Source of the DNA: Candidatus Nitrospinota bacterium M3_3B_026
GTDB taxonomy: Bacteria; Nitrospinota_A; UBA7883; JBPRGF01
Assembly (NCBI GenBank): GCA_051418015.1
Contig: JBPRGF010000017.1
Location: 288,001 to 352,000 of the forward strand
Length of the DNA stretch: 64,000 nucleotides
Direction of reading: 5' to 3'
Under the pieces are notes generated by a model. That model ran no database searches. It saw only the letters and a list, made by a program, of their open reading frames with translations, and was not told the origin of the DNA. The stretch's first letter is position 1, and each line of letters begins with the position of its first letter. A program made the translations under genes and the position numbers. Below, one piece after another: positions 9,144-19,790 of the stretch.

Positions 9144-10166
9144 ATGACTATGAGACCTGCTTATACAAGCTTTTCGGCTTTCCTTTTATCTTTTCTTCTC
9201 TTCTTCACACCGGCCTCCCAGGCGATAGAGTTCGGCAAAACCAGAACGTTCGAGCTTGCCTACATAGTCAAGGTGGAGGGCGCGCCTGCCGGCTCTTCCC
9301 AGCTCAACCTCTGGGCGCCATACATCACGAGCGACGAGGATCAGACCGTCCTCGACGTCCGGGTCGACAGCCCCTATCCGGTGACCGTCAACTACGAGAG
9401 CAGGTGGGGCAACGGAATCATGTTCGTCTCCGTCCCGAACCCGGGCCCGCAAGGGTTCATCATGAAGGTGACATACACGATAGAGCGCAGAGAGCGGCTG
9501 GCGAAAAACTTCGACTACGATTCCCCCACGTCCATAGTGGACAAGGGACAGTTCCGACGATACCTGCTGCCGTCGGAATGGGCTGTCATAAACGACGCAG
9601 TCGTGAAATTCTCCAACCAGGCCGCCGCCGGAGCGAAAAACGCCGTGGGCAAGGCCAGGGGCGCCTACGACTTCATCCTCTCCAGGATGGAGTACAACAA
9701 ACAGATCCCCGGCTGGGGCAGAGGCGACGTCAACCGCGTCTGCCTGGCCATCGACGGCGGCAAGTCGGGGACGGGCAACTGCACCGACTTCCACTCCTTC
9801 TTCGGCTCCCTCATGAGGGTCCAGGGCATCCCCGTCATCTTCGAGATGGGATACCCATTGAAGCCGGAAAAGAACCAGACGGACCCCAAGGCCGGAGGAT
9901 ACCACTGCTGGGCGAAGTTCTTCGTCCCGGGCCAGGGCTGGGTCCCGGTGGACATTTCGGAGGCGCAAAAGGACATGTCCAAAAAGGAATACTTTTGGGG
10001 CGCCATCTGCGAAAACCGGGTCAGGTTCAGCCGCGGCAGGGACATAACACTGGTCCCCGCGCAGGAGGGCGAGCCGCTGAACTATTTCGGGCCGGACCCT
10101 TATATCGAGGTGGACGGCAAGAAGTTCGACGGTTTCGAGAGGCTGATAGCCTACAAAAACCTATAA
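9144..10166 (+). CDS. Secreted transglutaminase-like domain protein
   Basis: Signal peptide; Cys-His-Asp triad motifs GNCTDFH, YHCWA, WVPVD. Confidence 0.85.
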   Translation: MTMRPAYTSFSAFLLSFLLFFTPASQAIEFGKTRTFELAYIVKVEGAPAGSSQLNLWAPYITSDEDQTVLDVRVDSPYPVTVNYESRWGNGIMFVSVPNPGPQGFIMKVTYTIERRERLAKNFDYDSPTSIVDKGQFRRYLLPSEWAVINDAVVKFSNQAAAGAKNAVGKARGAYDFILSRMEYNKQIPGWGRGDVNRVCLAIDGGKSGTGNCTDFHSFFGSLMRVQGIPVIFEMGYPLKPEKNQTDPKAGGYHCWAKFFVPGQGWVPVDISEAQKDMSKKEYFWGAICENRVRFSRGRDITLVPAQEGEPLNYFGPDPYIEVDGKKFDGFERLIAYKNL

Positions 10167-10466
10167 GCGGGAGGAGAATAGCCAGGGTTTTCTCCACTGG
10201 GAAGACTCCGGCGCCTTCAGCGCTTTCAAGGGACGCTTTATAAAAAAAGCCGGGCCCAAGGCAATATCCGCTCTTTAGCAGGGTCTTGAAAACACCCTTC
10301 TAAAAGAGACGGGCAAGCCATGAGAACGCCCTGGGCCGGCCTTTAATAAAGCATATCCCCAAGTGGGAGCCCGATCAACAAATCACCCGCGCCGGTAAAG
10401 ACTCTTCTCTCGCCCTCGCGAGGACGAAGGGGGGCCGGGCGCGAGCTACGGAAGGAACCAGCAAAA

Positions 10467-11597
10467 ATGAGACCAAAAACCGTATATTTCATACTAACAA
10501 CCGCGATCATTATAACCATGGGCGCCGCCTCCCCTAAAGCGGCCCTCGCCGGCAAAAGCGTCTGGGAGAGCGGCGGGGCGCGGCTGGACCTGATCGGCGA
10601 CATGCGGCTGAGGCTGGAGAGCGACAGCGACTCCACAAAGGACAAGGACAGAACCCGTGAGAGGATCAGGCTCCGTTTCGGCGCCGGCTACACCGCCAAC
10701 GAAAACGTCGCGATGGGCTTCCGTCTATCCACCGCCAGCGACAGCCTCCAGACTCCCCATCAGACCCTGGCCCTGGACGATGGCGGCGGCAGGAACGGCG
10801 ATTTCGGAATCGACCGCGCCTTCCTGAAAGTCTCCGGGGGCGGCTTTTACGCCTGGGGCGGCAAGAACGGGATGCCGATGTGGAACCCGGCGGAGTTCGT
10901 ATGGGACGCCGACATACAGCCGGAAGGCCTGGCGGCCGGTTACAAGACGAAGCTCAAAGGCGTGAGCCTCGGCCTGGCCGCCGGGCATTTCCTGCTCAAC
11001 GAGGCAAGCTTCGGCGATGACGACACCCTGCTGGCCTACCAGGCCACCGCGGGGCTGGGGGACGGGCTCAGGGTCAGGCTGGCCGTCGGCGGTGTCTCCG
11101 TCACGGATTCCGATGAAGGGGCCGAGGGCGCGGCCGGCGTTCCCGGCCAGTCTCACAACATCACTCACGTGATGGGCGAGGTCCAGGCGGCGGACATCCC
11201 CCTCAAGCCGAGGGCGGGCCTCCTTTACGCCTCGTCCGACGTCGAGGATAGCGTGATCGGCGCAGGGGCGGAGGCGCCGGACAAGAACGCCCTCGTGGCC
11301 TATGTCCGGGCCACGGCGGGCAGGTTCGACCTGCGGTTCTACTACTGGGACGCGGGCTACGCCGCCTTCCCGGGGCTGGGACGCTACGCCCAGGACAACT
11401 TCCCTTACTCTTCGAATTTCACCGGCTATCACGCCCAGATCGGGGTGAAGCTGCTGGAGGATATCTCCATGGACCTGCGCTACTACAACCAGTCGGTGAA
11501 AAACGGGGACATCACGGTCTGGAACAGCGGCGTGGCCATGGAAGGGGACGGCCACGACAGGAGCAGGATCCAGCTGAACCTGAACGTAAAACTCTAG
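10467..11597 (+). CDS. Putative outer-membrane porin
   Basis: Signal peptide; GDMRLRLE, RERIRLR, IDRAFL and WDADIQPEG patterns; amphipathic C-terminal strand QLNLNVKL. Confidence 0.8.
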   Translation: MRPKTVYFILTTAIIITMGAASPKAALAGKSVWESGGARLDLIGDMRLRLESDSDSTKDKDRTRERIRLRFGAGYTANENVAMGFRLSTASDSLQTPHQTLALDDGGGRNGDFGIDRAFLKVSGGGFYAWGGKNGMPMWNPAEFVWDADIQPEGLAAGYKTKLKGVSLGLAAGHFLLNEASFGDDDTLLAYQATAGLGDGLRVRLAVGGVSVTDSDEGAEGAAGVPGQSHNITHVMGEVQAADIPLKPRAGLLYASSDVEDSVIGAGAEAPDKNALVAYVRATAGRFDLRFYYWDAGYAAFPGLGRYAQDNFPYSSNFTGYHAQIGVKLLEDISMDLRYYNQSVKNGDITVWNSGVAMEGDGHDRSRIQLNLNVKL

Positions 11598-11614
11598 CCC
11601 CCCGCTTCCCCGAA

Positions 11615-11658
11615 GCCGCCCGCGGATATCCTCTTGTCCGCGGGCGGCCCCCTTTTTT
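11615..11658 (+). terminator. Rho-independent terminator after the porin
   Basis: GCCGCCCGCGGA/TCCGCGGGCGGC stem and T6 tract. Confidence 0.8.
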
Positions 11659-11937
11659 CGCCCGCCGCGGCGTCTTGCATCCCGGTGAGCATTAAATAAC
11701 AAAGGCAGGGCCTTTCAGGACCAGGAAGTCGGCGTATCCGCTCTCTTTTGTCGTCCCGAGACAAAGCCGAAAGCCTTGATTTTTCTCCGGATTTACCCCT
11801 GGCAGGGTGTTCCGCCCCTTACCATGTTGACATTGACAACCAGCTGTAAAAGATTTTAGCCGCGCCTTTAAAATATTTGTACAATGCGCACGTTTCGTTA
11901 TATTATTCCGATTGATTTCTGTCTTTCCCTCGGAAAA

Positions 11938-11953
11938 TATGACTAAAGTCATA
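11938..11953. promoter_or_regulatory. Palindromic candidate operator
   Basis: TATGACT-AA-AGTCATA perfect 7-bp inverted repeat in the AT-rich region upstream of 12008. Confidence 0.45.
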
Positions 11954-12007
11954 ATACGGAACAACCGGGTTGGATAAAATGTTCAACAAGATTGGAGGGG
12001 GTCGGTT

Positions 12008-12121
12008 ATGTGGTTTTCGAAAGACAGGAAATTCACCCTTCTCGATTGGGTCATCCATTTCGGGATCACGGTGAACGCGGTGGTGATAGCGTATATCGTT
12101 TTTTACGTCGTAACTCACTGA
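12008..12121 (+). CDS. 37-aa single-TM small protein (not in ORF track)
   Basis: GGAGGGGG RBS, then MWFSKDRKFTLLDWVIHFGITVNAVVIAYIVFYVVTH*. Confidence 0.7.
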   Translation: MWFSKDRKFTLLDWVIHFGITVNAVVIAYIVFYVVTH

Positions 12122-12198
12122 GCGGCCATGCGAGCCCGCATTCTGGACGCAGAGGTCATGGGAAAAACAGGGAGAAGCGGCAAAAAAGGGGGGAAGTC

Positions 12199-13627
<1,429 letters not shown>

Positions 13628-13653
<26 letters not shown>

Positions 13654-14365
13654 AACCACGCTTCCAACGGGGACGGAGCAGGCGGTGGACCCTTTGACAG
13701 AACTGGCGTTGCTGGTCCAGCAGGGAGAGAACGTGGAGGCCGTCGCCTGCGCGGAACGGCTCCTTGCGGACTCCTACAGCGTCAACGACATAGTGGGAGC
13801 GCTCTCAAAGGGCCTGGCGATGCTGCGCAACAAGTGCACCGTGGAGAACTTCCAGCTGCTGGACGTGTTGCTGGCCAGCCGCGCCATGGTGGAGGTGGTG
13901 GACGAGTGCGTGGCGCGCCAACTGAAGCATGAGATGGACTCGGCCGCCGGGGAATACGAGACGGAGGCTTTCAGGAGCGGAGGAAACGGAAAAAGGAAAA
14001 CGCTCGTCATAGGATCCATCCAGGGCGACGTCCACGACCTCGGCAAGCACGTCGTCGCCACGCTGCTGAGGTTCAACGACTTCAGGGTCGTCAACCTCGG
14101 CAAGGACGTGCCGGTGGAGACCTTCGTCCGCGCCGCCATGCAGGAAAAGGCGGACTTCGTAGGGGTCTCCAGTCTTATGACGGTGTGCCTGCCGAAGATA
14201 AAGCAGATCAAGCCCGAGCTCGTCCGCCGCGGCCACGGGCACGTGAAGGTCGTGGGAGGAGGGGGCGCGGCGCAGCAAAGCGACGCGGGAAGCCTGGAGC
14301 TGGACTACCTCGCCTACGACGCCTTCGACGGGCTGGATTACTTCACCAGCGAGCACGACGGCTGA
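13628..14365 (+). CDS. Corrinoid (cobalamin-binding) protein, methyltransferase-system type
   Basis: Helical cap domain, then GDVHDLGK (DxHxxG), SSL and GGG B12-binding motifs; the start may be GTG near 13685. Confidence 0.9.
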
Positions 14366-14383
14366 AAAACCACGCCGCGAGAT

Positions 14384-17284
14384 GTGGGGGGACCGAAGTT
14401 GAACCACGAGCAAAGAATAAGGGCCGCCATCCGGTTCAGGGAGACCGACAGGCCCCCGGTGGTCCCGGAGTTGATCGCCGTGACCGCCACCATGGCCGGG
14501 GTCTCCCCCAAAGAATATCTCACCTCCGGCGGCCTGATCGCCGAACTGCAGCTTGAGGCCCAGAAAAAGATAGGCCACGACGTCGTCTTCGCGTCGGCGG
14601 ACCTGTGCGTCGAGGCGGAGGCCGCGGGGTGCGAGATCACCATGCCGGAGGACAACTACCCCTCCATCAAAAGACCCGTCATGGCCGATCTTTCGGAAAT
14701 CGAAAAGCTGAAAGTCCCGGACCCGCACTCCGGCGGCAGGATGCCGGAGGTGCTGAAGGCCGTGCGGCGGCTGAAGGCCGAGGTGAGGGGCAGGATCCCC
14801 GTCATCGCCACCGTTACGGGGCCCATGACCATAGCCTCGCGGGTCATGGACATCGAAAAGATGCTCTACGCCCTGGTGGACCACCCGGACCGCTTCCGGG
14901 GGCTGCTCGACGTCTGCCGCGAGGTGACGCTCTCCTACGCCGCGGAGCTTGCGCGGGAGGGGGCCGACGGCGTTCTCATCTTCGACCCGTCCTCCTCCCC
15001 CTTCGTCATCCCGGCGAGGATATTCCGCGAGTTCTCCCTCGGCGCGGTGAAAAGCGTAACTTCCCGGCTGAAGGAGATAGACCCGGAGATCATAACCTGG
15101 TACTCCGTCGCCGGCCCGTTGCAGAAGAACACCTCGATCCTCTCGGCCGTTGGGGCGGACATCACCACGGCGGATTACGTCGTCCCGATAGAGACGGCGC
15201 TCAGGTACTCCGCCTCCACCGCGATAAACGGCAACATCAGGCCCAGCCTGTTCCTCGACGGCCCCCGGGAGAAGATAATCGCCGAGTCGGAAAAGCTCCT
15301 GGCCGCGGCCCGGGCGACGGAGCGGTTCATCCTCGGCAGCGGCTGCGAGGTGCCGCTCTATTCCAAGGCGGAAAACATAGCCGCCCTCGTGGAGGCCGCG
15401 GAGAGGGAGGCGGAGCGGTTCGAGGCGGCGGGGAACACGGCGGGCCTGCGAGACGCCGAGATCACCGTCCTGCCCCACAGGAAAAAGATATCCGCCGTCC
15501 CCGGCGAGAGCCTGCTGGACAGCCTCCACAAGGCGAACATCAGCGTCACCAGCTACTGCGACAGGTCCGGATCCTGCGGCAAGTGCGCGGTGATGATAAA
15601 AAACGGCGAGACCGGCCAGCCGGACAGGGCGGAGGCTTTCCAGCTGCAGGCCAGAGGCGCGGACCCGAAGGAGCGGCTGGCCTGCCGGGTGAAGGTAGGC
15701 GGGCCCATGAGCGTCTATGTCCCCTATCACAGCAGGATATTCCAGAGCCACATGACGGCCTCCGGCGAGCTTTTCGAAAAGTCGATCTCTAAAGAGCTGG
15801 CCCCCTTCGGCTTCGAGCCGAACGTCGGCGTGGAGGAGGCGCCCCTGCCCAGCCTGGCCGGCCCTGCGCCCTCCTCCTGGGAGGAGTGGGTGACGGGCAG
15901 GCTCGGCCTGAACGGGATGAGCCCGCAGGTCGCCGGCAGGCTCGCCTCCATGATAAACGAGAGCGACGGCGGCGTCCGGGCGGTCATCGACAGGCAGCGG
16001 GGGGAGATAGTGGACTTCACCCGCTCGGACAAGGTCTACGGCCTCGCCGTGGACATAGGCACCACCACCATATCCGCCTACGCGCACGACCTGAAGACCG
16101 GAGAGCTGGCCTGCGTCGGCTCCACGGAGAATCCGCAGACCCGATGGGGGATGGACGTCGTGACCAGGACGACCAGGGTGGTGGAGGATCCCTCGCTTCT
16201 GCCCGTGGCCCAGGCGAACCTTATCGAGGGAGTAAACAGGCTGATCGCCCATTTCCACCGGGATCACGCCCTGCCCAACGACAGGATATACGACATGACG
16301 GTGGTGGGGAACCCGGTGATAATCCACATGCTGCTCGGCATCAGCCCCGAGTCGCTTGCCAGGGCGCCCTTCACCCCGACGGTCTCCCGCTGGGTGAGCG
16401 CGACGGCCAGGGGCCTCCACGCCAAGAACAGGCTCGCTGTCCATCCCGAATGCAGGGTGGAGATACTGCCGAGCGCCGGAGGATTCGTGGGGGCGGACGC
16501 GGTGGCGGGAGCGCTGGCGGCTGGAGTCAGCCGGGAGGAGGAGCTTTCGCTGTTCGTGGATATAGGCACCAACGGCGAGATAATTCTCGGGAGCAGGGAC
16601 GGGTTGCTTTGCGCCTCCGTGGCGGCGGGGCCGGCCTTCGAGGGGGCTCACCTGAGCCACGGCCGGGTCTCCCAGGCGGGGGCCATAAAGAGGATACGGC
16701 TCACCGCGCCTGGAAGAGTGGAGTTCGAGACGATAGGCGGAGCGGCCCCCTTCGGGCTTTGCGGCTCGGCGGTGATAGACGCCCTGGCGGAGTTTTCGCG
16801 CCACGGAATAATAGACGAGCGGGGCAAGTTCGCCGCGAACGGGGACTGGCCGCAGCTGAAAGGGGACTTTTTCATCCTGGCCCCAAAACAGAAAACCGCC
16901 ACGTTCAACCCCATCGGGATCACCCGCGGGGACATCGAGGAGATACAGAAGGCCAAGTCCGCCCTGCGGACGGGGATATCCCTGCTGATGAAGGAGATGG
17001 GCGCCGCGCCGGAGGATATAAAAAAGGTGACCGTCTCAGGCTCCTTCGGTTTCTCCCTGGACATCGGGAACGCCAAGGCCATAGGGATGATACCGGCGCT
17101 GCCCCGGGCCGAGTTCAGGTACATCAAGAACGCCGCCGGGATCGGCGCCAGGATGGCGCTGCTGTCGAAGAACGCCCGGGAGGAAGCCGGCAGGATCGCC
17201 GGAATCACCCGGAGCGTGAGCCTCGTGGATCACGGCGACTTCATGAACCTTTTCATAGACAACATGCTCTTCCCCGCGGCGTGA
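14384..17284 (+). CDS. Fusion: MtaA/CmuA-like (URO-D family) methyltransferase domain + [2Fe-2S] ferredoxin + ASKHA ATPase (RACo/RamA-type corrinoid activator)
   Basis: N-terminal DLCVEAEAAG, GPMTIA, GNIRP, GSGCEVP; CDRSGSCGKC...LAC; AVDIGTTT, VDIGTNGE, AGPAFEG, GLCGSA, SGSFG, NAAGIGA. Confidence 0.88.
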   Translation: MGGPKLNHEQRIRAAIRFRETDRPPVVPELIAVTATMAGVSPKEYLTSGGLIAELQLEAQKKIGHDVVFASADLCVEAEAAGCEITMPEDNYPSIKRPVMADLSEIEKLKVPDPHSGGRMPEVLKAVRRLKAEVRGRIPVIATVTGPMTIASRVMDIEKMLYALVDHPDRFRGLLDVCREVTLSYAAELAREGADGVLIFDPSSSPFVIPARIFREFSLGAVKSVTSRLKEIDPEIITWYSVAGPLQKNTSILSAVGADITTADYVVPIETALRYSASTAINGNIRPSLFLDGPREKIIAESEKLLAAARATERFILGSGCEVPLYSKAENIAALVEAAEREAERFEAAGNTAGLRDAEITVLPHRKKISAVPGESLLDSLHKANISVTSYCDRSGSCGKCAVMIKNGETGQPDRAEAFQLQARGADPKERLACRVKVGGPMSVYVPYHSRIFQSHMTASGELFEKSISKELAPFGFEPNVGVEEAPLPSLAGPAPSSWEEWVTGRLGLNGMSPQVAGRLASMINESDGGVRAVIDRQRGEIVDFTRSDKVYGLAVDIGTTTISAYAHDLKTGELACVGSTENPQTRWGMDVVTRTTRVVEDPSLLPVAQANLIEGVNRLIAHFHRDHALPNDRIYDMTVVGNPVIIHMLLGISPESLARAPFTPTVSRWVSATARGLHAKNRLAVHPECRVEILPSAGGFVGADAVAGALAAGVSREEELSLFVDIGTNGEIILGSRDGLLCASVAAGPAFEGAHLSHGRVSQAGAIKRIRLTAPGRVEFETIGGAAPFGLCGSAVIDALAEFSRHGIIDERGKFAANGDWPQLKGDFFILAPKQKTATFNPIGITRGDIEEIQKAKSALRTGISLLMKEMGAAPEDIKKVTVSGSFGFSLDIGNAKAIGMIPALPRAEFRYIKNAAGIGARMALLSKNAREEAGRIAGITRSVSLVDHGDFMNLFIDNMLFPAA

Positions 17285-18321
17285 TGAAGGACAACCTCTA
17301 CAAAAAGCTGCTCGACCGCGCCAGCGACCTGATATGGGCGGTGGATATGGAGGGCAGGTTCATCTACATAAACGACAACATCCGCGAGTGGGGCTACGAC
17401 AAGGACGAGCTCATCGGCGAGCCTTTCCTGAGCATCCTGAACACCAAGCACATCAGCAAGCGCCAGAGCGAGCCTTCGGAACTGGGGGTGCGAAGGACCT
17501 TCGAGACGGAGATCATAGACAAGCTCGGCCGGGCCCACAACGCCGTGGTCAGCTCCATCCCGCTGTCCGACGACGACGGGAACATAACCGGCGTCATGGG
17601 GATCATCCGCGACGTGACGGAGACCCAGAGGCTCGAGGAGAAGCTCAAGAACGAAGAGCGGCTGGCATCCCTCGGCAGGCTGGCCACCGGCATAGCCCAC
17701 GAGATCAGAAACCCCCTGTCGTCGATCAAGATGAACCTGGCCATACTGCGACAGAGGCTCAACCCTCAGGGCGAGGACGTGGAGCATTTCGCCATCGCCC
17801 AGGAGGAGGTGGAGAAGCTGGAGAGGACCGTGCTGGAGCTTTTGGACTACGCCAAACCCTCGCCCCTGAAGCTGCGCAGGCAGAACCTGGACAAGGCCAT
17901 CGACGACACCATAGCGATAGCGGAAACCGCCTGCATGGAAAAAGGCGTGGTGATCGTAAGGAAATACGCCCGCAACATACCGCTGGTCCTCATCGACAAG
18001 ATGAAAATCCAGCAGGCTCTGCTCAACGTCATCCTGAACGCCGTCCAGTCCAGCGAGCGCGGCGGAGAGGTCCGCGTGGAGACGAGGCTCGTCAGGTCCC
18101 CCTCGAGGAACATCAGGATAACGGTCTCGGACGACGGGACGGGCATCACGCGGGAGGACCTGAAGTTCATATTCGACCCGTTCTTCACCACAAAGAAATC
18201 CGGCACGGGCATGGGGCTCTCCATCACCCGCAACATACTAAACAACCACGACGGGACCGTGACGGTGGAGTCGGAGTACGGCAGGGGAACGAAGGTGGCG
18301 CTGACCTTCCCGGTCAGGTAG
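17284..18321 (+). CDS. Cytoplasmic PAS-domain sensor histidine kinase
   Basis: ATG overlaps the upstream stop (TGATG); PAS domain; AHEIRNPL H-box; NAVQ, DDGTG, FFTTK, GTGMGL; no TM helix. Confidence 0.93.
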   Translation: MKDNLYKKLLDRASDLIWAVDMEGRFIYINDNIREWGYDKDELIGEPFLSILNTKHISKRQSEPSELGVRRTFETEIIDKLGRAHNAVVSSIPLSDDDGNITGVMGIIRDVTETQRLEEKLKNEERLASLGRLATGIAHEIRNPLSSIKMNLAILRQRLNPQGEDVEHFAIAQEEVEKLERTVLELLDYAKPSPLKLRRQNLDKAIDDTIAIAETACMEKGVVIVRKYARNIPLVLIDKMKIQQALLNVILNAVQSSERGGEVRVETRLVRSPSRNIRITVSDDGTGITREDLKFIFDPFFTTKKSGTGMGLSITRNILNNHDGTVTVESEYGRGTKVALTFPVR

Positions 18322-18330
18322 GAGGACGCC

Positions 18331-18882
18331 TCAAACCTCCGTAAGCGAGATCGACTCCAGCCCGGTGAGGATTATCTCCGGGGTTATCTTGCCCATGTGG
18401 CTGTAGCGGATAATCCCCTCACGGTCTATGAAAAAGGTGGTGGGAAGACCGAAGACCTGGAACTTGTCGGAAGCCTCGCCCGATTTGTCCAGCAGGGTGA
18501 TGAAAGAGTAGCCGTTCTCCTTCATGAACTTCTCCGCCACCTCCCTGGACTCCTTCAGGTTGATCGCGACGATCTCGAGCCCCTTGCTTTTCCAGGTTTC
18601 ATAGGTCTGTTCGAACCGGGGCATCTCCTCCACGCAGGGAACGCACCAACTCGCCCAGAAATTCACGATCAGCGGCCTGCCCTCAAAGTCGGATATGGAA
18701 ACCTCCTTGCCGGAGAGGTTTTTAAGGGTCACGTCCGCCGCCGGGCGCGGGTCGGGCCTCGGCGGGGCCTCCATCTCCTTCGTCTCGCACCCGACAATGA
18801 GAAACGCCGCGAAGGCCAGAACAGCCGCGGTTTTAAACGCTCGATCAAACAATCTCACAACCTTCTGAGAAGCTTTTCCCAT
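18331..18882 (-). CDS. TlpA/ResA-like thiol-disulfide oxidoreductase, probable lipoprotein
   Basis: NFWASWCVPC, LPTTFFID; LIVGC lipobox; start reassigned to ATG 18882. Confidence 0.9.
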   Translation of the reverse strand: MGKASQKVVRLFDRAFKTAAVLAFAAFLIVGCETKEMEAPPRPDPRPAADVTLKNLSGKEVSISDFEGRPLIVNFWASWCVPCVEEMPRFEQTYETWKSKGLEIVAINLKESREVAEKFMKENGYSFITLLDKSGEASDKFQVFGLPTTFFIDREGIIRYSHMGKITPEIILTGLESISLTEV

Positions 18883-18914
18883 AAAAATATTATAATCCAC
18901 GGCGGCGGGCGCCG

Positions 18915-19790
18915 TCAGACCGCGTCCTCGCCCACCTCCGCCACGACTTCGGGCGGATATTTTATCGGCAGGTCCCACCGGTACACCCTCTTCCCGGCGC
19001 CCCCCACGCCTTTTATCACAAGCTCCATCCATTCCGTGTCCGGCCCCACGACCGGGGAGCCCGGCCTCTTCGCGAAACGGACGATGCCCTCCCAGTGATG
19101 CTTGTCCGCCGTCTGGAACCGAAGCTCCCAGGGCGGCGTGGGCTCTATCCGTCCGTTCGGCGACCTCAGGAGGCACACTTCGTCAAGGGGCGCCGGCTCT
19201 ATCTCCCCCTCGTGCACGGTGAAGCTCACGATGAAGACGTGATAGTTATCAAGATCGTACTCGCCTATGAGGTGGTCGGCCCCAATGCTTTTCAGGTACG
19301 CAGGCGTGGCGTAGATTATGTCGCCGTAAATGTCGCCATGCCCCATGTCGTTGCGCCAGACGGCGTGGTGGACGGCTTTCCTGATCTTGTAGGAGTAGCC
19401 CGTCTCCTGGTTGGGATATTTCTCTTCCAGGTACTGGATGATGACGTCCGCCTCTCTGCCGGTGATGTTCACGTTCTCCTTTACCCGCATCCGCTCCACC
19501 ACCTGGATCCACCCCGCCTCGCCCAGGACGGCGGTTATCATCGCCGCCTCCCCGTGACACTGCCTGTAGCAACTCTTCTGGTAGACGTACCTGACAAGCG
19601 AAGGAGAAAGGTCTTCGACGTAGCCCATGTTGTAAAGCGCCAGCGTGGCCTTCCTTCCGCCCTCCTCGAAATCCGCCATGAACTCCCGGCGCGAGTCATA
19701 GATCATAAAGTAAAGCCCAAGGGCGGCGAGCCCAAGGAAGACCAGCAAACCGAGCGCCCAGCCCAGCAGCTTTTTTATTATCCTCATCAT
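18915..19790 (-). CDS. Membrane-anchored protein with atypical CX3CH cytochrome c-like domain
   Basis: N-terminal TM; CYRQCH followed by WIQVVERM...NITGREADVIIQYL. Confidence 0.65.
   Translation of the reverse strand: MMRIIKKLLGWALGLLVFLGLAALGLYFMIYDSRREFMADFEEGGRKATLALYNMGYVEDLSPSLVRYVYQKSCYRQCHGEAAMITAVLGEAGWIQVVERMRVKENVNITGREADVIIQYLEEKYPNQETGYSYKIRKAVHHAVWRNDMGHGDIYGDIIYATPAYLKSIGADHLIGEYDLDNYHVFIVSFTVHEGEIEPAPLDEVCLLRSPNGRIEPTPPWELRFQTADKHHWEGIVRFAKRPGSPVVGPDTEWMELVIKGVGGAGKRVYRWDLPIKYPPEVVAEVGEDAV

Noticed and set aside
10170..10460. Cobalamin riboswitch upstream of the porin (CCACTGGGAAG fragment, imperfect inverted repeats)
   Set aside because: Other conserved elements and the B12 box could not be placed; an Infernal/Rfam scan would be decisive
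14384..15420. hemE (uroporphyrinogen decarboxylase)
   Set aside because: Lacks the RQAGR motif; motifs and context fit the MtaA/CmuA branch of the fold
13805..16804. 999-aa minus-strand ORF, and similar long antisense ORFs at 3183-5348, 31332-33434, 49369-52398, 52441-54699 and 58304-60181
   Set aside because: They shadow well-supported genes on the opposite strand, have no recognisable motifs, and are expected from high GC3 codon bias
15886..17283. Apparent long N-terminal extension of the histidine kinase (811-aa ORF)
   Set aside because: Arg/Gly-rich off-frame overlap with the RACo fusion; the real start is ATG 17284. The same artefact affects track ORFs 1932-2687, 19787-20863, 30098-31279 and 37222-38217
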